Shown: positions 13,141 to 25,131 of the stretch, in pieces
How positions within the stretch are numbered: the stretch's first letter is position 1
Layout of the letters: each line of letters opens with the position of its first letter
DNA from: Octopus sinensis
Lineage: Eukaryota
Direction of reading: 5' to 3'
DNA: 64,000 nucleotides
Assembly (NCBI RefSeq): GCF_006345805.1
Contig: NC_043020.1
Coordinates: 21,824,001-21,888,000 of the forward strand
Notes under the pieces: generated by a model
Told to the model about the DNA's origin: nothing
The model's database searches: none
The model's input: only the letters and a program-made list of their open reading frames with translations
Made by a program: the position numbers and the translations under genes

Positions 13141-13706
13141 AGGATGAAACAAGCTAAAAGAAAACATTCCCATACCTTGAAGACAGCAGAATAATCCGGG
13201 ATTTTAACATGGGGTTGACCCCTAATTACCGAAGTGGACTACCTCACTATTGGGAATTCTTGTCATTAATTACTTAATTATTGATTTCTCAAATTTCTGT
13301 TCATATATCCTTTGTTATATCCTTTTATATGGTAATATGTGCCTTCTCGCACATAAACACATTATTCACACATGTACAAACATGCGCAGACGCAATTATT
13401 GAAGTACTAAATGGCACGTCAAATGATATTTAGTCATGTGGAACATTTTACATGCATATCAATATTCTAAAGTTGGACCTACTATCCCTTATCCTAAAGC
13501 TGCTTCAGACAATTAGGAAGGGTTCCCAACTCGTTTCACCGTCTGCTTTCAATCTTGGATTGTGATTCGGCTCAGCCCAAACTCTCTCAGATTTTGTCTG
13601 CTGTTGCCTACTCCTACAAGGATTGCAGCTGTTTTTTTTTTGTTCCTGATTTAACTCAGATTTGTCCTAGAGCCCATAGAAGATTGTTTTTAGTCAACCA
13701 TCTATC

Positions 13707-14834
13707 ATGTCAGCTACCTACAGATCGAAACTGAGATCTGCAAGAAGGGCTTCTCATCAAGATGATGGTCCTACCAATAGTCAGCTCAACGAGCAGTTGC
13801 TGTTGCTCAAACAAGAGGTCGAGCACCTAAAGTCTGTTGTTGCTCTTTTACTGAATAAACAGTCTCCTATTGATGCAGAGTCACCCTTGATTTCTTCCCT
13901 GGAGACTTCCAAACCGAAGGGAACAAAATCGAAGTGGCCAAAGAAGGCGAAGGAACCGGCGGTCGTTTCTGCACATGATCGTTCCTGTGCGGATTCTTCC
14001 TCATCTGCCTTTTCGGTCCCGGAGGTTCCCCAACCTAATTTGAGGAGCGTAGACTCAAACCCACCTGAAGACCGTTGTTCTCCCCAAAAGAAGAAACGTA
14101 GTCAAAACTCCAGTGGGGCAGATTTAGCTATGAAACCTGATCACGATAAAATCTGTTTGGATTCTCCCTCACTTGTCCTTCCCATTAATGCCATTGCTCA
14201 ACCAATTCTGAACGATCTCGATGTGAGTTCATCTGGGGAGTGGTGCTCCCCCAAACCGAAGAAGAGGCAGTGCAGTTCCAGACCAGGCGGGAAAATTATG
14301 ACCACTAAACCCATTCCGATCGACCCCAAATGCCGACGTAAGTCTGATGGCTATGAAACCACCCTTTCAAAATCATCCAATGAAGAATCGAATACCGCAG
14401 CTCATAGTAGAGAACATTTTGCCCACTCAAGATCAGCAATAATTTATGGTAAAGCTGAATCCACCTGTGATACAGGCATAAACCGCCTAAAAGAAGACAT
14501 TAATTTTGTTTCCATTTTAGTTGGAGAATTGTTCTCTGTGAACGAAAATGTCAGTATCCATAAGGTCGCTCGGCTAGGAAGATTCCAAGCGAACCCAACC
14601 TCAGATACTAGACCACGCCCAATAAGGGTGATCTTTTCTTCCGATCGGGAGGCTTCAGCCTTTCTGAACAGAGCTCAGACGCATGCCTGGGAGGACCCCA
14701 ATATGGGTTTTCGCGAGGAATACTCACTGAGAGAGAGAATTCGCCGGAGAAACCTAATATCAGAACTAAAGATGAGGAAACAGATGGGAGAGAAGGGTTT
14801 ACGCATCCAAGATGGACAAATAATCAAGTCCTAA
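13707..14834 (+). CDS. LINE ORF1 protein (375 aa, open; N-terminal coiled coil, C-terminal RRM-like CR1/L2-type domain)
   Basis: Open ORF with motifs SAIIYG.AE, RLGR, RPRPIRVIF, ELKMRKQMGEKGLRIQDGQI typical of CR1-group ORF1. Confidence 0.8.
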   Translation: MSATYRSKLRSARRASHQDDGPTNSQLNEQLLLLKQEVEHLKSVVALLLNKQSPIDAESPLISSLETSKPKGTKSKWPKKAKEPAVVSAHDRSCADSSSSAFSVPEVPQPNLRSVDSNPPEDRCSPQKKKRSQNSSGADLAMKPDHDKICLDSPSLVLPINAIAQPILNDLDVSSSGEWCSPKPKKRQCSSRPGGKIMTTKPIPIDPKCRRKSDGYETTLSKSSNEESNTAAHSREHFAHSRSAIIYGKAESTCDTGINRLKEDINFVSILVGELFSVNENVSIHKVARLGRFQANPTSDTRPRPIRVIFSSDREASAFLNRAQTHAWEDPNMGFREEYSLRERIRRRNLISELKMRKQMGEKGLRIQDGQIIKS

Positions 14835-14872
14835 CTCTGGTCGCATGCTGTAGTGCTGATAGGGAAAGTGAA

Positions 14873-17385
14873 GTGAGGGCAAATCGAAGTGAAGTTGATA
14901 CCCCCGTCAACGATGCTATCTCTGATACCCCTTATTCTGCTTGTTCCCCAACTCCCGCCCCTCAAACTTCACAGCTCAGCATCGTCTATACCAACTCGTG
15001 CTCCTTATTCCCAAAGTTCAGCGAACTATTTACACTGGCCATACGTGACTCCCCTGATGTGATAGCTATCACCGAGACTTGGCTGACTCCAGCAGTAAAG
15101 GACTCAGAAATCCATCTACAGGGCTACGTCCTTTTCAGATGTGACAGAGAAAAAAGGCGAGGTGGAGGTGTTGCTGTGTATGTCAAATCTGAGCACAAAC
15201 CGTCCAGCGGTATTCTACCCACTAATGCTCAACCTACAACAAAATTCGATGCCGTCTATTGCAAGCTGAGCCTATCCGAGTTTTGCCTGCCCGTGTTAGC
15301 TGTCTACAGGCCGCCTCTTGCCGACCCCCAGGACGATGCTCATTTACTCGAAGCGATAAGATTCGTTTCAGCTTCGCATGACTGTTTGGTACTAGGAGAC
15401 TTCAACGCTCCCACGATCGATTGGCCCGCATCAATTTGTACAACGTCTTCCCGGTTCGGCCAGGCCCTTCTTGACGTGGCTGAAGATTGTTTTCTATCGC
15501 AACATGTTGAATATCCGACAAGGCATCGGTCTGGGCAGCAGCCATCTATGCTGGATCTGGTATTCTCCCGCTATCCAAGATCAGTGTCAGACGTATCTGT
15601 GTGCGCCCCTCTTGCCAAGAGTGATCATGCGGTCCTGAAGTTCGTCATGCACACAACTTTTTCTACGCCCACGACTACTTCGCTGCCACGTAGAGTCTTC
15701 TCTGCAATTAATCTTGAAATTCTAACCGAGGCTTCCGCGCTTCTGGACTGGCGATCCCTGATGACGTTGTCCTCAGTTGACGAACTATGGTCATCCCTCA
15801 AAGCATATGTAATCTGGTTGACTGACCAGGCAGTTCCCGTTGGGCTTCCCAAGAAGAAGAAACACAAGCCCTGGGTGACGAAGGTTAAACGAGAACGTCG
15901 ACTCAGAGATATTGCTTGGGCTGAATTCAAAAATCTGGATTCGACTGCAGCTTTTGAGGTGTACAAAACTCAACGAGACTGAGCCGTGAAAATTGAAAAG
16001 GAAGAACGCTTCAGTTATGAATACAAAATCGCGGCAAATGCCAGTAGCAATCCAAAAACCTTCTTTGCCCATGTCCAACGGAATTCCCGCTTGAACAACC
16101 AGATTGCAACGTTGGTAGACTCAACAGGCGTATCGATTGAGGACCCTTATCAACAGAGTCAATTATTTGCCGAGGCTTTTTCAACTATTTTCAAACAAGA
16201 TGATGGTCGTGAACCCCCTCCATTTGATAGATCGGTACCTCCAATGCCTAGATTGGTCATCACGCGGGACGAAGTCAAACGTGTTATTCAAGGCCTCGAT
16301 GTCAACAAGGGTCACGGCCCTGACGGCATACACCCACGGTTTATCAAAGCGTTGGCTCCGGTCATCTGCGAGCCCTTAACACGTCTATTCAATATGTCAT
16401 TGGCGACGAGTGTTATACCTGCGGACTGGAGAACAGCGATAATCTGCCCAATTTTCAAGAAAGAGAGCCGCGAAGACCCGCTTAACTACCGACCGGTTTC
16501 CCTTAATAATCAGCAAGATGTTCGAAACCATCCTTAAGAAAAGTATGATGCTCCACCTCCAAAACACAGCCTCTATCTCTGATTCCCAACACGGCTTCGT
16601 GCCGAAGAGATCATGCTTGACCAACTTACTGGTAATGGAAGAATTGGTGACGCGCATCCTCGATGATAGTGATGCTGTTGACATCGTTTTATTGGATTTT
16701 CCAAAGCTTTTGACTCGGTAAACCACCGCCTATTATTTGTCAAGCTTCAAGCATATAGTTTCCATCCGTATATTGTACGATGGGTTGGTGCCTTCCTCTC
16801 AGATCGCTCCTTCCAAGTCCAAGTTAATGGTTCGCGGTCCGACGTCTCCAGTGCGAGCAGTGGCGTGCCTCAAGGTTCAGTGCTTGGGCCCTTATTGTTC
16901 TTAGTCTTCATAAATGACTTGCCCGACGGTCTCACGCAACACACCCTTCTATTTGCCGACGATATCAAACTGGTCGCTCCTCGCGGTGATATAGAGGATC
17001 TTCGTCGATGCCTCCACCAAATTTGGAAGTGGTCTAACGAATGGGACCTATGTCTGAACGTGTCAAAATGCTGTCATCTGCCTGTTGGCTCTCCTCCTGC
17101 AACTCAACTTGATTTCGAGCCGGGTCGTCTGCTGCTGGAGAGGACCGATCAGGTAAAGGACCTGGGTATCTTGGTGGATTCCTCCTTTTCGCCTTCGGCC
17201 CAGTGCGTCCATGCTGCCAACAAAGCACTACCTGCGACGATTTCATCTCAATCGAAGGAGAGGAGCTTTCTCCGTCCGGGTTGCGGATCCGTGGAACAAG
17301 CTGCCAGACGAGATGGTGAAGATGCCGACGACCGCTTTGTTCAAAGCCTCCCTTGACCTCAAGTGGCCTGAACTCTTTACATGAA
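14873..17385 (+). pseudogene. LINE ORF2 (APE, RT), disrupted by a TGA at 15980-15982, small indels and a ~370-bp deletion
   Basis: ORFs 14873-15982 and 15986-16537 are in the same frame; lesions inferred by comparison with the copy at 22455-24284. Confidence 0.88.
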
Positions 17386-17489
17386 CACCACCCTGTACTT
17401 AACTCCATGTCCCCCTACATGGCCTTGCTATTTGCTTTTGAGCCAAATTAACTAACTAACTAACTAACTAACTAATATATCCCTTTGAT

Positions 17490-17590
17490 CGATGTAAATC
17501 CCACCTATTTTTGTGTGTTATAACTCATCCTTTAATACTGTCCTCCATGCCTTAAGCCCTTGTGCTCAATGAAAGAAACTATTATTGTTG
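17490..17590 (+). mobile_element. SINE/LINE 3' tail fragment
   Basis: agcccttgtgctcaatgaaagaaact followed by simple repeats, similar to the Tx1 3' ends in this window. Confidence 0.45.
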
Positions 17591-17644
17591 TTGTTGTTGT
17601 TGTTGTTATTAATATCATCATCATCATCATCATCATCATCATTA

Positions 17645-18400
17645 CAAGGTGGTATCAAAAAGTTCCTGGACTAGTTATGCTTAAAAATAATTCATTTACC
17701 AAAGTTTAGCATCATTTCCTTCGAAATAGTCACCTTGCGCAGCAATACACCAGTCTCAGCATTCCTGCCAGTTTTGGAATCTGGCCTGGAGGTTGTTTTC
17801 TGTGAGCAAGTTGAGGACCTTTTTCATCTTTGGAAAAAGATGAAAGTCTGCAGGTGCTAAATCTGGCAAATAAGGCATGTGCTGAAGTGATACCATGTTG
17901 GTTTTGGTGAGAAACTCATGGGTAAGGAGAGGTCATTGTTGGCGTAAAAATCCAGTTCTTGATGCTCCACAGATCCAGTCGCTTTCATCGAATGTCCTCC
18001 CTCAAACTCTTCAAAACATCGTAGTGGAACTCTTGATTCAGAGTCTGTTCCTGGGGAATGAATTCTCAATGCACAATACTGCAGATGTTGAAATAAACGA
18101 TGAGCATGCTCTTGATTGAGCTGCAACTCTGTCATTCATTCTTTGGTCCACTGTGATGACTGCTGCTTTATCTCAGGATCGTGCCCATAGACCCAACTCT
18201 CATCACCAGTGATGATCCTTGACATGAAGGATGGGTCATTGGAGATTCAGATAGACTTTGATGTGATGTTATTTCTGCTCAGTGGTCGGCAGGTAGGAGA
18301 CAAACTTGGCAGAGACACTGCATGTTCAATTCAGATGTTAGGATTGCGTGCACAGACTCATACGACAGACCAACAATATCAACAATGCCAGTGATTATCC
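17645..18400 (-). mobile_element. Truncated, degenerate mariner transposon (3' half plus one TIR)
   Basis: Minus strand RIITGDESWVYGHDPE.KQQSSQW, MLIVYF...IVH.EFIP..QTLNQEFHYDVLKSLREDIR. TA-caaggtggtatcaaaaagttc terminus. Confidence 0.85.
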
Positions 18401-18419
18401 TACGAGATTTCAGAACGAC

Positions 18420-20960
18420 TTAACAAGTTAGTCCATCAAGAGTCGACGGGTGCAGTCAACAACCGATGGTGGGTAGCCCTAAAACGTCGATGATAGTAGA
18501 TGCTGTAGTATTTTGTCGAGAACTAATGATAGAGAAAACTAGAGTGGAGGGAGACCTAGTTAGAAAATCAGAAGCGACATTCAGTAGAGGCATAGCGACC
18601 GACGTGCTGGCGGCGAGATAGGTTCTGAACCAATTCTTCAGAACCAAGCATGGAGGTTGCAGTGTCAGAACTAGGGCATGTGCACTTAAACAGGAGGGAA
18701 TGAAAGCCATTCGATGGGCCTGGGTGAGCAATACGCAAAGTGGTAATAAAACTAAATTCGGTCTTTGAGGAGTCAGGATGGGCCCATGCTACACAAGTCC
18801 AAACAGGTCTATGCAGAATTTCAGCGGCACTTTGTTAAACTGTACAGGGTGTGTGGTGGTCTGGAGGCAGAGGTGAACTTCACTTCCTACTTCGATGGTC
18901 TGCCGTGGCTTTCGGCCAACGATGTGGAGTGATGCGAAATGCCGATAACAGCTGAAGATATACGTGTTGCATTAGCTACTTGCACGAGGGAGAAGTCTCC
19001 GGGATTGGATGGTCTACCTTTCGTGCTTTATAATCGTATGCAAGACTTGTTTAGTGAGCTTTTATGAGGTGTCTACTGCAACTGGCAGCAAAATGAGAGA
19101 AACTCCATATTTGTGAGCCTAGGTGTGGTGACGCTACTTAGAAAGAATCTGAACAAGGGTGACATTGTTGATAACTTTAGGCCTGTAACTCTGTTAAATG
19201 CAAATTACAAAATTTTGGCCGAGGTATTAGCAAAGAGGCTAGCGCTTGTCGTTGACAGACTGGTGGATGATGTGCAGACTTGCACTATCCCCGACTGATC
19301 TAACCACAACAACCTCCACCTCACACGATACATAATAGAGAGGATTGGTAAAGATCCTGGCATAGGTAGGGCACTATCGAGAGCTTTTGATAGGGTGAAC
19401 CATCGGTACTTGGAGGCTGTCCTTAAGGTGGCTGGTTTTGGTTCCGTTTTCAGAGGCTGGATCGCTGCAATGTACAGCAACATCTTTTCGGTGGTCAAAG
19501 TAAATGTCAGGATCATTTAGCATCGCACATTCGGTTTGACATGGTTGTCCACTCTCACTCCTTCTCTACCTACTGGCACTCGAGCCATTACTGCGGAAGC
19601 TGGATGTTTTGAGGGGCATCCGGCGTAAACTAGGATGCGGAAGGTTCGTGTTGGCATATGCAGATGACGTCAACGTGATGGTGTCAAACATCTCGGAAAT
19701 CGAGATGGTCGGCACTATCCTAAAGGAATACGAAGCAGTAACAGGAGCAATGATTAACCAGAAGTGAGTGGGCTTACAGCTCGGCACGTGGAGAGGCAGA
19801 TCCTTACCGACAGACAGCGTTGTGGGGTGCTGGAAGAAGAACTATTTAAGTTGCTCAGGGTCTGATTCGGTCCGGACCTCCAAGTGGACAAGAACTGGGG
19901 TGAGATGACAGACAGGGTAGCCAGTCTCAACCAGAAATGGGCCGAGAGGAAGCTGTTCCTGAAAGGTCGGGTGGAGGTGGCGAATGCATACATCGCACCC
20001 GTCATATACTACTGCCTGACTGTCGTTTCTTGCTCAGCTGGTGCGCTTACACTTCTGCTTCCTGTGGAAGGGACAGGTATCGCTTGTTAGACAGTCTGTT
20101 GCATGGAGGACTGGGCTTGCCATGGCTGATGATGCGTAGACATGCACTGAGGCAGCGACATCTCCAGCAATACCTTAACAGTGAGCAGGTGTGGTTGCTG
20201 TTGGACGTGCTTTTTCGCAGCTCGTCTCCTTGACGTGGCAACAGTTCTGGATCAGGCGTCGACCGAGGAGGGTCTCTTGGCACCTAGAGTGTCTCCAAAT
20301 GGTCACAGCCCTCGGCCAGTTGGGCAAGGAAGTCGATGGAAGTTCCACCTTGGAGTTCTATGGGGGATTAATGGAGGGCAAGAGTGACGATGTTCTCGGA
20401 GTGGTTCAGGGCATCAGGAGGGATCAACTGGCTGGTCTTTTCTGGAGGACTTTCAGACCGGGACCTATGGATAACTTCGAGAAATTCCTGGCCTGGTAGT
20501 GCTACTGGGGTTGGTTGGGTGGGATGGTGTGGGATTGGCTCGGCCGGTTCGCGATAAGCTCTACAGGCATGAGCTCTACAGGCTTGTCTGAGATGCACGC
20601 GGAGCGATGAAACTGTTGTGCATGCTCTCGTACAGTCTCCACGTATTACTGACTTGTGGAGCTTTGTCGAACAGTTATTGTCATGTGTAGGATGGATCCA
20701 GTTATCGTCTGAGTTAATCGTGTTAAATCACCACGCCTCCTTTCCTTTGGCCAGAAGGACAGGCAGTTTTTTTCTCTGTTTGGTGGTTATGGCGAAAGAT
20801 GTTGTGTGGTGGATGCGATTAAAAGGGTTTAAGACGGGTGCCTTCCTCTTCAGCCAAGGCCTCATTAACTTTTCAGGTGGGACCTGAAAAGGAAAGTGAG
20901 ACTGGAGAGAGAGGTGCTGTTACCCAGTAAGTTTGTTGAAAGGTGGGTGAATGTGACATG
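18420..20960 (+). mobile_element. Degenerate Tx1/L1-clade LINE ORF2 (linker, RT, C-terminus)
   Basis: KSPGLDGLP, NFRPVTLLNANYKILAEVLAKRL, AYADDV, FLKGRVEVANAYIAPVIYY; homologous to 3945-5860. Confidence 0.88.
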
Positions 20961-22270
20961 TTATGTTGTTTTCTTCTGCTCTAATGCTATGTTCGCATCC
21001 CATCAGTCCTACCCTCATTTTCTTGTTACATACAGTCTGTCTCTGTCACTTTTTTGGGTGAAGTATCCCATATTTAGTTAGCAACTTCCTTGTCTTTCTG
21101 TCTAAGCTATTTAGTTCGTCTATTGCCCATGTGATTATCATTGCTCCATATCTCAGGAGTGAAACTGCCCAGGTTTTGATAGCTTCAATCTTACTCTGTC
21201 CGTTTAACTTCGACTTAAGGATCAGTCTAAGTCTCCGCAAGTACTCCACTTCAAATTTTTCTGTCATTTCTTTCTCCATCAATTTATCCATTTCCAGTAT
21301 CTCCATGTACTTATAGCTCGCCTTTTCAATTTGCTCCGTAACCTCTCCCGACGGTATCGCTAGCCCGTCCATACATTCAATTTTGCTTGCCTTCAAGGCG
21401 AACACACCACACTTTTTCAATCTAAACTCCATTATGATATCAGCACTGAAAGTATACTCCGTATCAACGAGGGAACTGACTTGTGATTCATCTTTACCAT
21501 AAAGTTTGAGGTCATCCATGAATAACAAGTGATTCATATTTTGTTGGCGGCTTTTGAATACATACATACCCAGTGTTTGCTTTCCTCAGATTCAGTGTGA
21601 ATGGTATCATGCACAGCACAAAGATCATTGAGGACAGGCAATCCCCTTGGAAGATGCCTTTCCTGATTTCTATTGTCCCTAAACTTCTATATGCTGTCAG
21701 GTCCGTCCTCCGCTTCGCCATACTTTTTTCCAAGCAATCGCTCAACATTCAGTGCAATACCAAATAGGTTCATACATTCCATAATCCAACAACGTGTGAT
21801 CATATTGTATGCCGTACGATAATCTAACCATGACATGACTAAGTTACTTTTCCTCCTCTTGCAGTCTCTAAGTGCAGTTTTGTCTACCAGGAGTTGATCC
21901 TTGGTACCTCTACACTTACGCTTGCACCCCTTCTGCTCACGTGGCAGGATTCCATTTTCCCCCAGATGTCCTTACATTGACTCTGCGAGTATTCCAGTCA
22001 ATAATTTCCTCAATAAGTGGCAAGCAGGATATCGGCCTGTAATTGTCTACCCATTGCCTTTTTTGATGTTTTTCAAGCACAGCACTGTCCTACTCATTGT
22101 CAGCCACTCTGCTGTTACTTGGTCAGCATTTAACAAGGTGTTGAGTTGTGCAGGTATTCGTGCATGACATCCACCAAATCTTTTGATCCAGTAGCCATGA
22201 ACTCCATCTGGTCCCGGGACCTTCCAGTTGCCCATTTTGGGGCTGATTTCCTTCACTTCCCTAACTGAAA
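20960..22270 (-). mobile_element. R4/Dong-like LINE fragment (RT)
   Basis: NWKVPGPDGVHGYWIK, GIFQGDCLS, MNHLLFMDDLKLY, FRLKKC, AIKTWAVSLLRYGA. Confidence 0.88.
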
Positions 22271-22277
22271 TGCCCGT

Positions 22278-22350
22278 GGGCATATGGCGTAGTGGTTAAG
22301 AGTGCGGGCTACTAACCCCAAGATTCCGAATTCGATTCCAGGCAGTGACC
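22278..22350 (+). other. tRNA-derived head (pol III A/B boxes) of a composite repeat
   Basis: gggcatatggcgtagtggtt (A box)...ct-act-aa anticodon-like loop...ttcgattcc (B box), directly followed by (AAT)n. Reverse-complement copy at 51004-51076. Confidence 0.8.
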
Positions 22351-22353
22351 TGA

Positions 22354-22370
22354 ATAATAATAATAATAAC

Positions 22371-22453
<83 letters not shown>
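22354..22453. repeat. (AAT)n/(GAT)n tract internal to the composite repeat
   Basis: Directly visible. Confidence 0.95.
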
Positions 22454-22454
<1 letters not shown>

Positions 22455-24284
22455 TGAGAAGGAAGAACGCTTCAGATATGAATACAGAATCGCGGCAAAT
22501 GCCAGTCGCAATCCAAAAACCTTTGCCCATGTCCAATGGAATTCCCGCTTGAACAACTAAATTGCAACGTTGGTAGACTCAACAGGCGTATCGATTGAGG
22601 ACCCTTATTAGCAGAGTCAGTTATTTGCCGAGGCTTTTTCGACAATTTTCAAGCAAGATGATGGTCGTGAACCTCATCCATTTGATAGATCGGTACCTCC
22701 AATGCCTAGATTGGTCATCACTCGGGGCAATGTCGAACACGTTATTCAAGGCCTCGATGTCAACAAGAGTCACGGCCCTAACGGCATACACCCACAGGTT
22801 ATCAAAGCGTTGGCTCCGGTCATCTGCGAACCTTTAACACTTCTATTCAATATGTCATTGGCAACGGGTGTTGTACCTGCGGACTGGAGAACAGTGATAA
22901 TCTGCCCGATTTTCAAGAATGGGAGCCGCGAAGACCCGCTTAACTACCGACCGGTTTCCCTTACTTCAATAATCAGCAAGATGTCCGAAACCATCCTCAA
23001 GAAAAGTATGTTGCTCCACCTCTGATTCCCAACACGGCTTCGTGCCTAAGAGATCATGCTTGACCAACTTACTGGTAATGGAAGAATTGGTGACGCGTAT
23101 CCTGGATGATGGCGATGCGGTTGACGTCGTTTTATTGGACTTTGCCAAAGCTTTTGACTCGGTAAACCACCGCCTATTACTTGTCAAGCTTCAAGCATAT
23201 AGTTTCCGTCCGGATATTGTACGATGGGTTGGTGCTTTCCTCTCAGATCGCTCCTTCCAAGTCCAAGTTAATGGTTCGCTGTCCGACGTCTCCAGTGCGA
23301 GCAGTGGCGTGCCTCAAAATTCAGTTCTTGGGCCGTTATTGTTTTTAGTCTTCATAAATGACTTGCCCAACGACCTCACGCAACACACCCTTCTATTTGC
23401 CGATGATGTCAAACTGGTCGCTCCTCGCGATGATATAGATGATCTTCGTCGATGCCTCCACCAAGTTTGGAGATGGTCTAACGAATGGGACCTGTGTCTG
23501 AATGTGTCAAAGTGCTGTCATCTGCCTGTTGGCTCCTCTCCTGCAACTCAACTTGATTTCGAGCCAGGTCGTCTGCTGCTGAGAGGACCGACCAGGTAAA
23601 AGACCTGGGTATCTTGGTGGATTCTTCCTTTTCGCCTTCGGCCCAATGCACCCATGCTACCAACAAAGCACGCGGAGTTCTGTTTTTGATTCGACAGTCA
23701 TTCGGAATGCTCACAGCAGCCATCCATATTCCTACCGCTCTATGTCACGCTGGTGAGACCCATATTGGAGTACGGGATTCAAGCCTCTTCTCCTTATCTC
23801 CTCAAAGACATACATCATCTCGAAAGAGTCCAGAAGCTGGCTACCCGCATTGTTCTTGGTCTCAAACATTTGTCTTATGAAGAAAGGCTGAAGACGCTCA
23901 ACCTTTATTCTCTAGAAAAACGCCGCCGCCTTGCTGATCTCATTCTTGCTCACAACATCATTAGCGGAAAGTGTAACCTCTCGAAAGAGCTGTTCTTCAC
24001 TCCTCCTCCAGAGCGTCGGCTGCGGAGTCACTCCGAAAAGCTCTATCTGCAACGATTTCATTTCAATCGAAGGAGAGGGGCTTTCTCCATCCGGATTGCG
24101 GATCCGTGGAATAAGCTGCCGGACGAGATAGGGAAGATGCCAATGACCGCTCGGTTCAAAGACTCTCTTGACCAGAAATGGCCTGTACTCTTTACATGAA
24201 CACCCTCCCTGTACATAACTCCATGTCCCCCTACATGGCCTTGCTTTTGCTTTTTGAGCCAAAAAATTAACTTAACTTAACTTA
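22455..24284 (+). mobile_element. 5'-truncated CR1-group LINE, same family as 13500-17475, (TTAAC)n tail
   Basis: High nucleotide identity by eye to 15995-17460. DFAKAFDSV, PQNSVLGP, LFADDVKL, RPILEYG, RRRLADLI. Confidence 0.92.
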
Positions 24285-24291
24285 CATGATA

Positions 24292-24848
24292 ATGCCATGA
24301 TGCAGTACCAAGCAGTGGCTCTCATGGATTCTGATCTTAACTGATTGGAAGTGTTATCATGTACATTGTTTTGTCTTGGTATAAAAGATAGGCTACAGCA
24401 AATATTCTGCTCAATACCACAGATTTGCTTGTCAGTTGTTTGACCTTAGCCAGTTGAGTATGTCCCTTAGTGGATGACGATATGTGCATCTCTGATCATG
24501 AGCAGAAGTAGTGGGGGAGCATCATAACCATGTGTTGGGAGGGATTCTTTGGGGTTTGAATAATTCACCTCTGGAAACATGGGTGTTTCGTTCAACATCC
24601 TTAAACAACCCTTATTCAGGGACCATTTGAGTGGGATGGGTTACTCAACCTGAAGAAAATTCTAACTAGGCCCCCACCTGCAAGGTCATGCACTGTTAAT
24701 CTTCATATGAGATCACCTTGTCGCACACATATGATTGTGATGTATGTGCCTAGTGTACCCTTATCAGATGGGTAGTCATGATGGGTATACTGGGCTTCGT
24801 ATATTTTACCCCAGTGTCACTTTGATAGTATGCACTGCTCTCTCACTC
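24292..24848 (+). mobile_element. ~560-bp non-coding interspersed repeat (copy 1 of 3) ending in (AAT)n
   Basis: Colinear with 54184-54761 and with the reverse complement of 40582-41121; same boundaries. Confidence 0.9.
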
Positions 24849-24860
24849 AATAATAATAAT

Positions 24861-25045
24861 AACATCGAAAAATACCTTAGGAATGAGAACCCAGGTTCGA
24901 AATTTCCACAAGACACCTGATGAAGGCTGGAGGGCATATCAGTCGAAACATTGTGTTAATAACAAACGAGATGAGGACAAATATCCGTCAAATGCAAATA
25001 ATGTAAATAATGCACATAATTCCTCATCTCTTAAATATAGAACTG
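24861..25045 (+). mobile_element. 3' body of the composite tRNA-headed repeat, with hammerhead motif and 53-bp terminal segment
   Basis: Terminal 24993-25045 matches 51083-51135. Preceded by (AAT)n. Confidence 0.7.
24912..24957 (+). ncRNA. Minimal type I hammerhead ribozyme-like motif
   Basis: gacac-CUGAUGA-a-[ggcug/caguc stem II]-GAAAC-AUU-guguu; gacac pairs with guguu (stem I). Confidence 0.65.
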
Positions 25046-25131
25046 AAGGGTATAGCAGTTTCGATAGAGAGCTGTTAGCTGTTTATCTTGCTGTGAGACA
25101 CTTCCACCACCTCCTTGACGGTCGGGAGTTC
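25046..25131 (+). mobile_element. 86-bp Ty3/Gypsy RNase H fragment
   Basis: YSSFDRELLAVYLAVRHFHHLLDGREF vs YSTFDRELLAIYLSVRHFQHQLEGRDF in the Gypsy at ~44970-45060. Confidence 0.85.

Larger units (their letters stand above)
13500..17475 (+). mobile_element. Full-length-type CR1-group LINE (ORF1, ORF2 APE-RT) with an internal 3' deletion and (AACT)n tail
   Basis: Two-ORF layout. APE IAITETWL, GGGVAVYV, LGDFNAP, LDLVF. RT GPDGIHP, YRPVSL, QHGFVPKRSC, PQGSVLGP, LFADDIKL. Tail taactaactaact. 5' boundary approximate. Confidence 0.9.

Noticed and set aside
22278-22350. Functional tRNA gene (ACT anticodon-like)
   Set aside because: Imperfect acceptor and T stems, no oligo-T terminator, runs into (AAT)n and is part of a repeated element; treated as a SINE-type head
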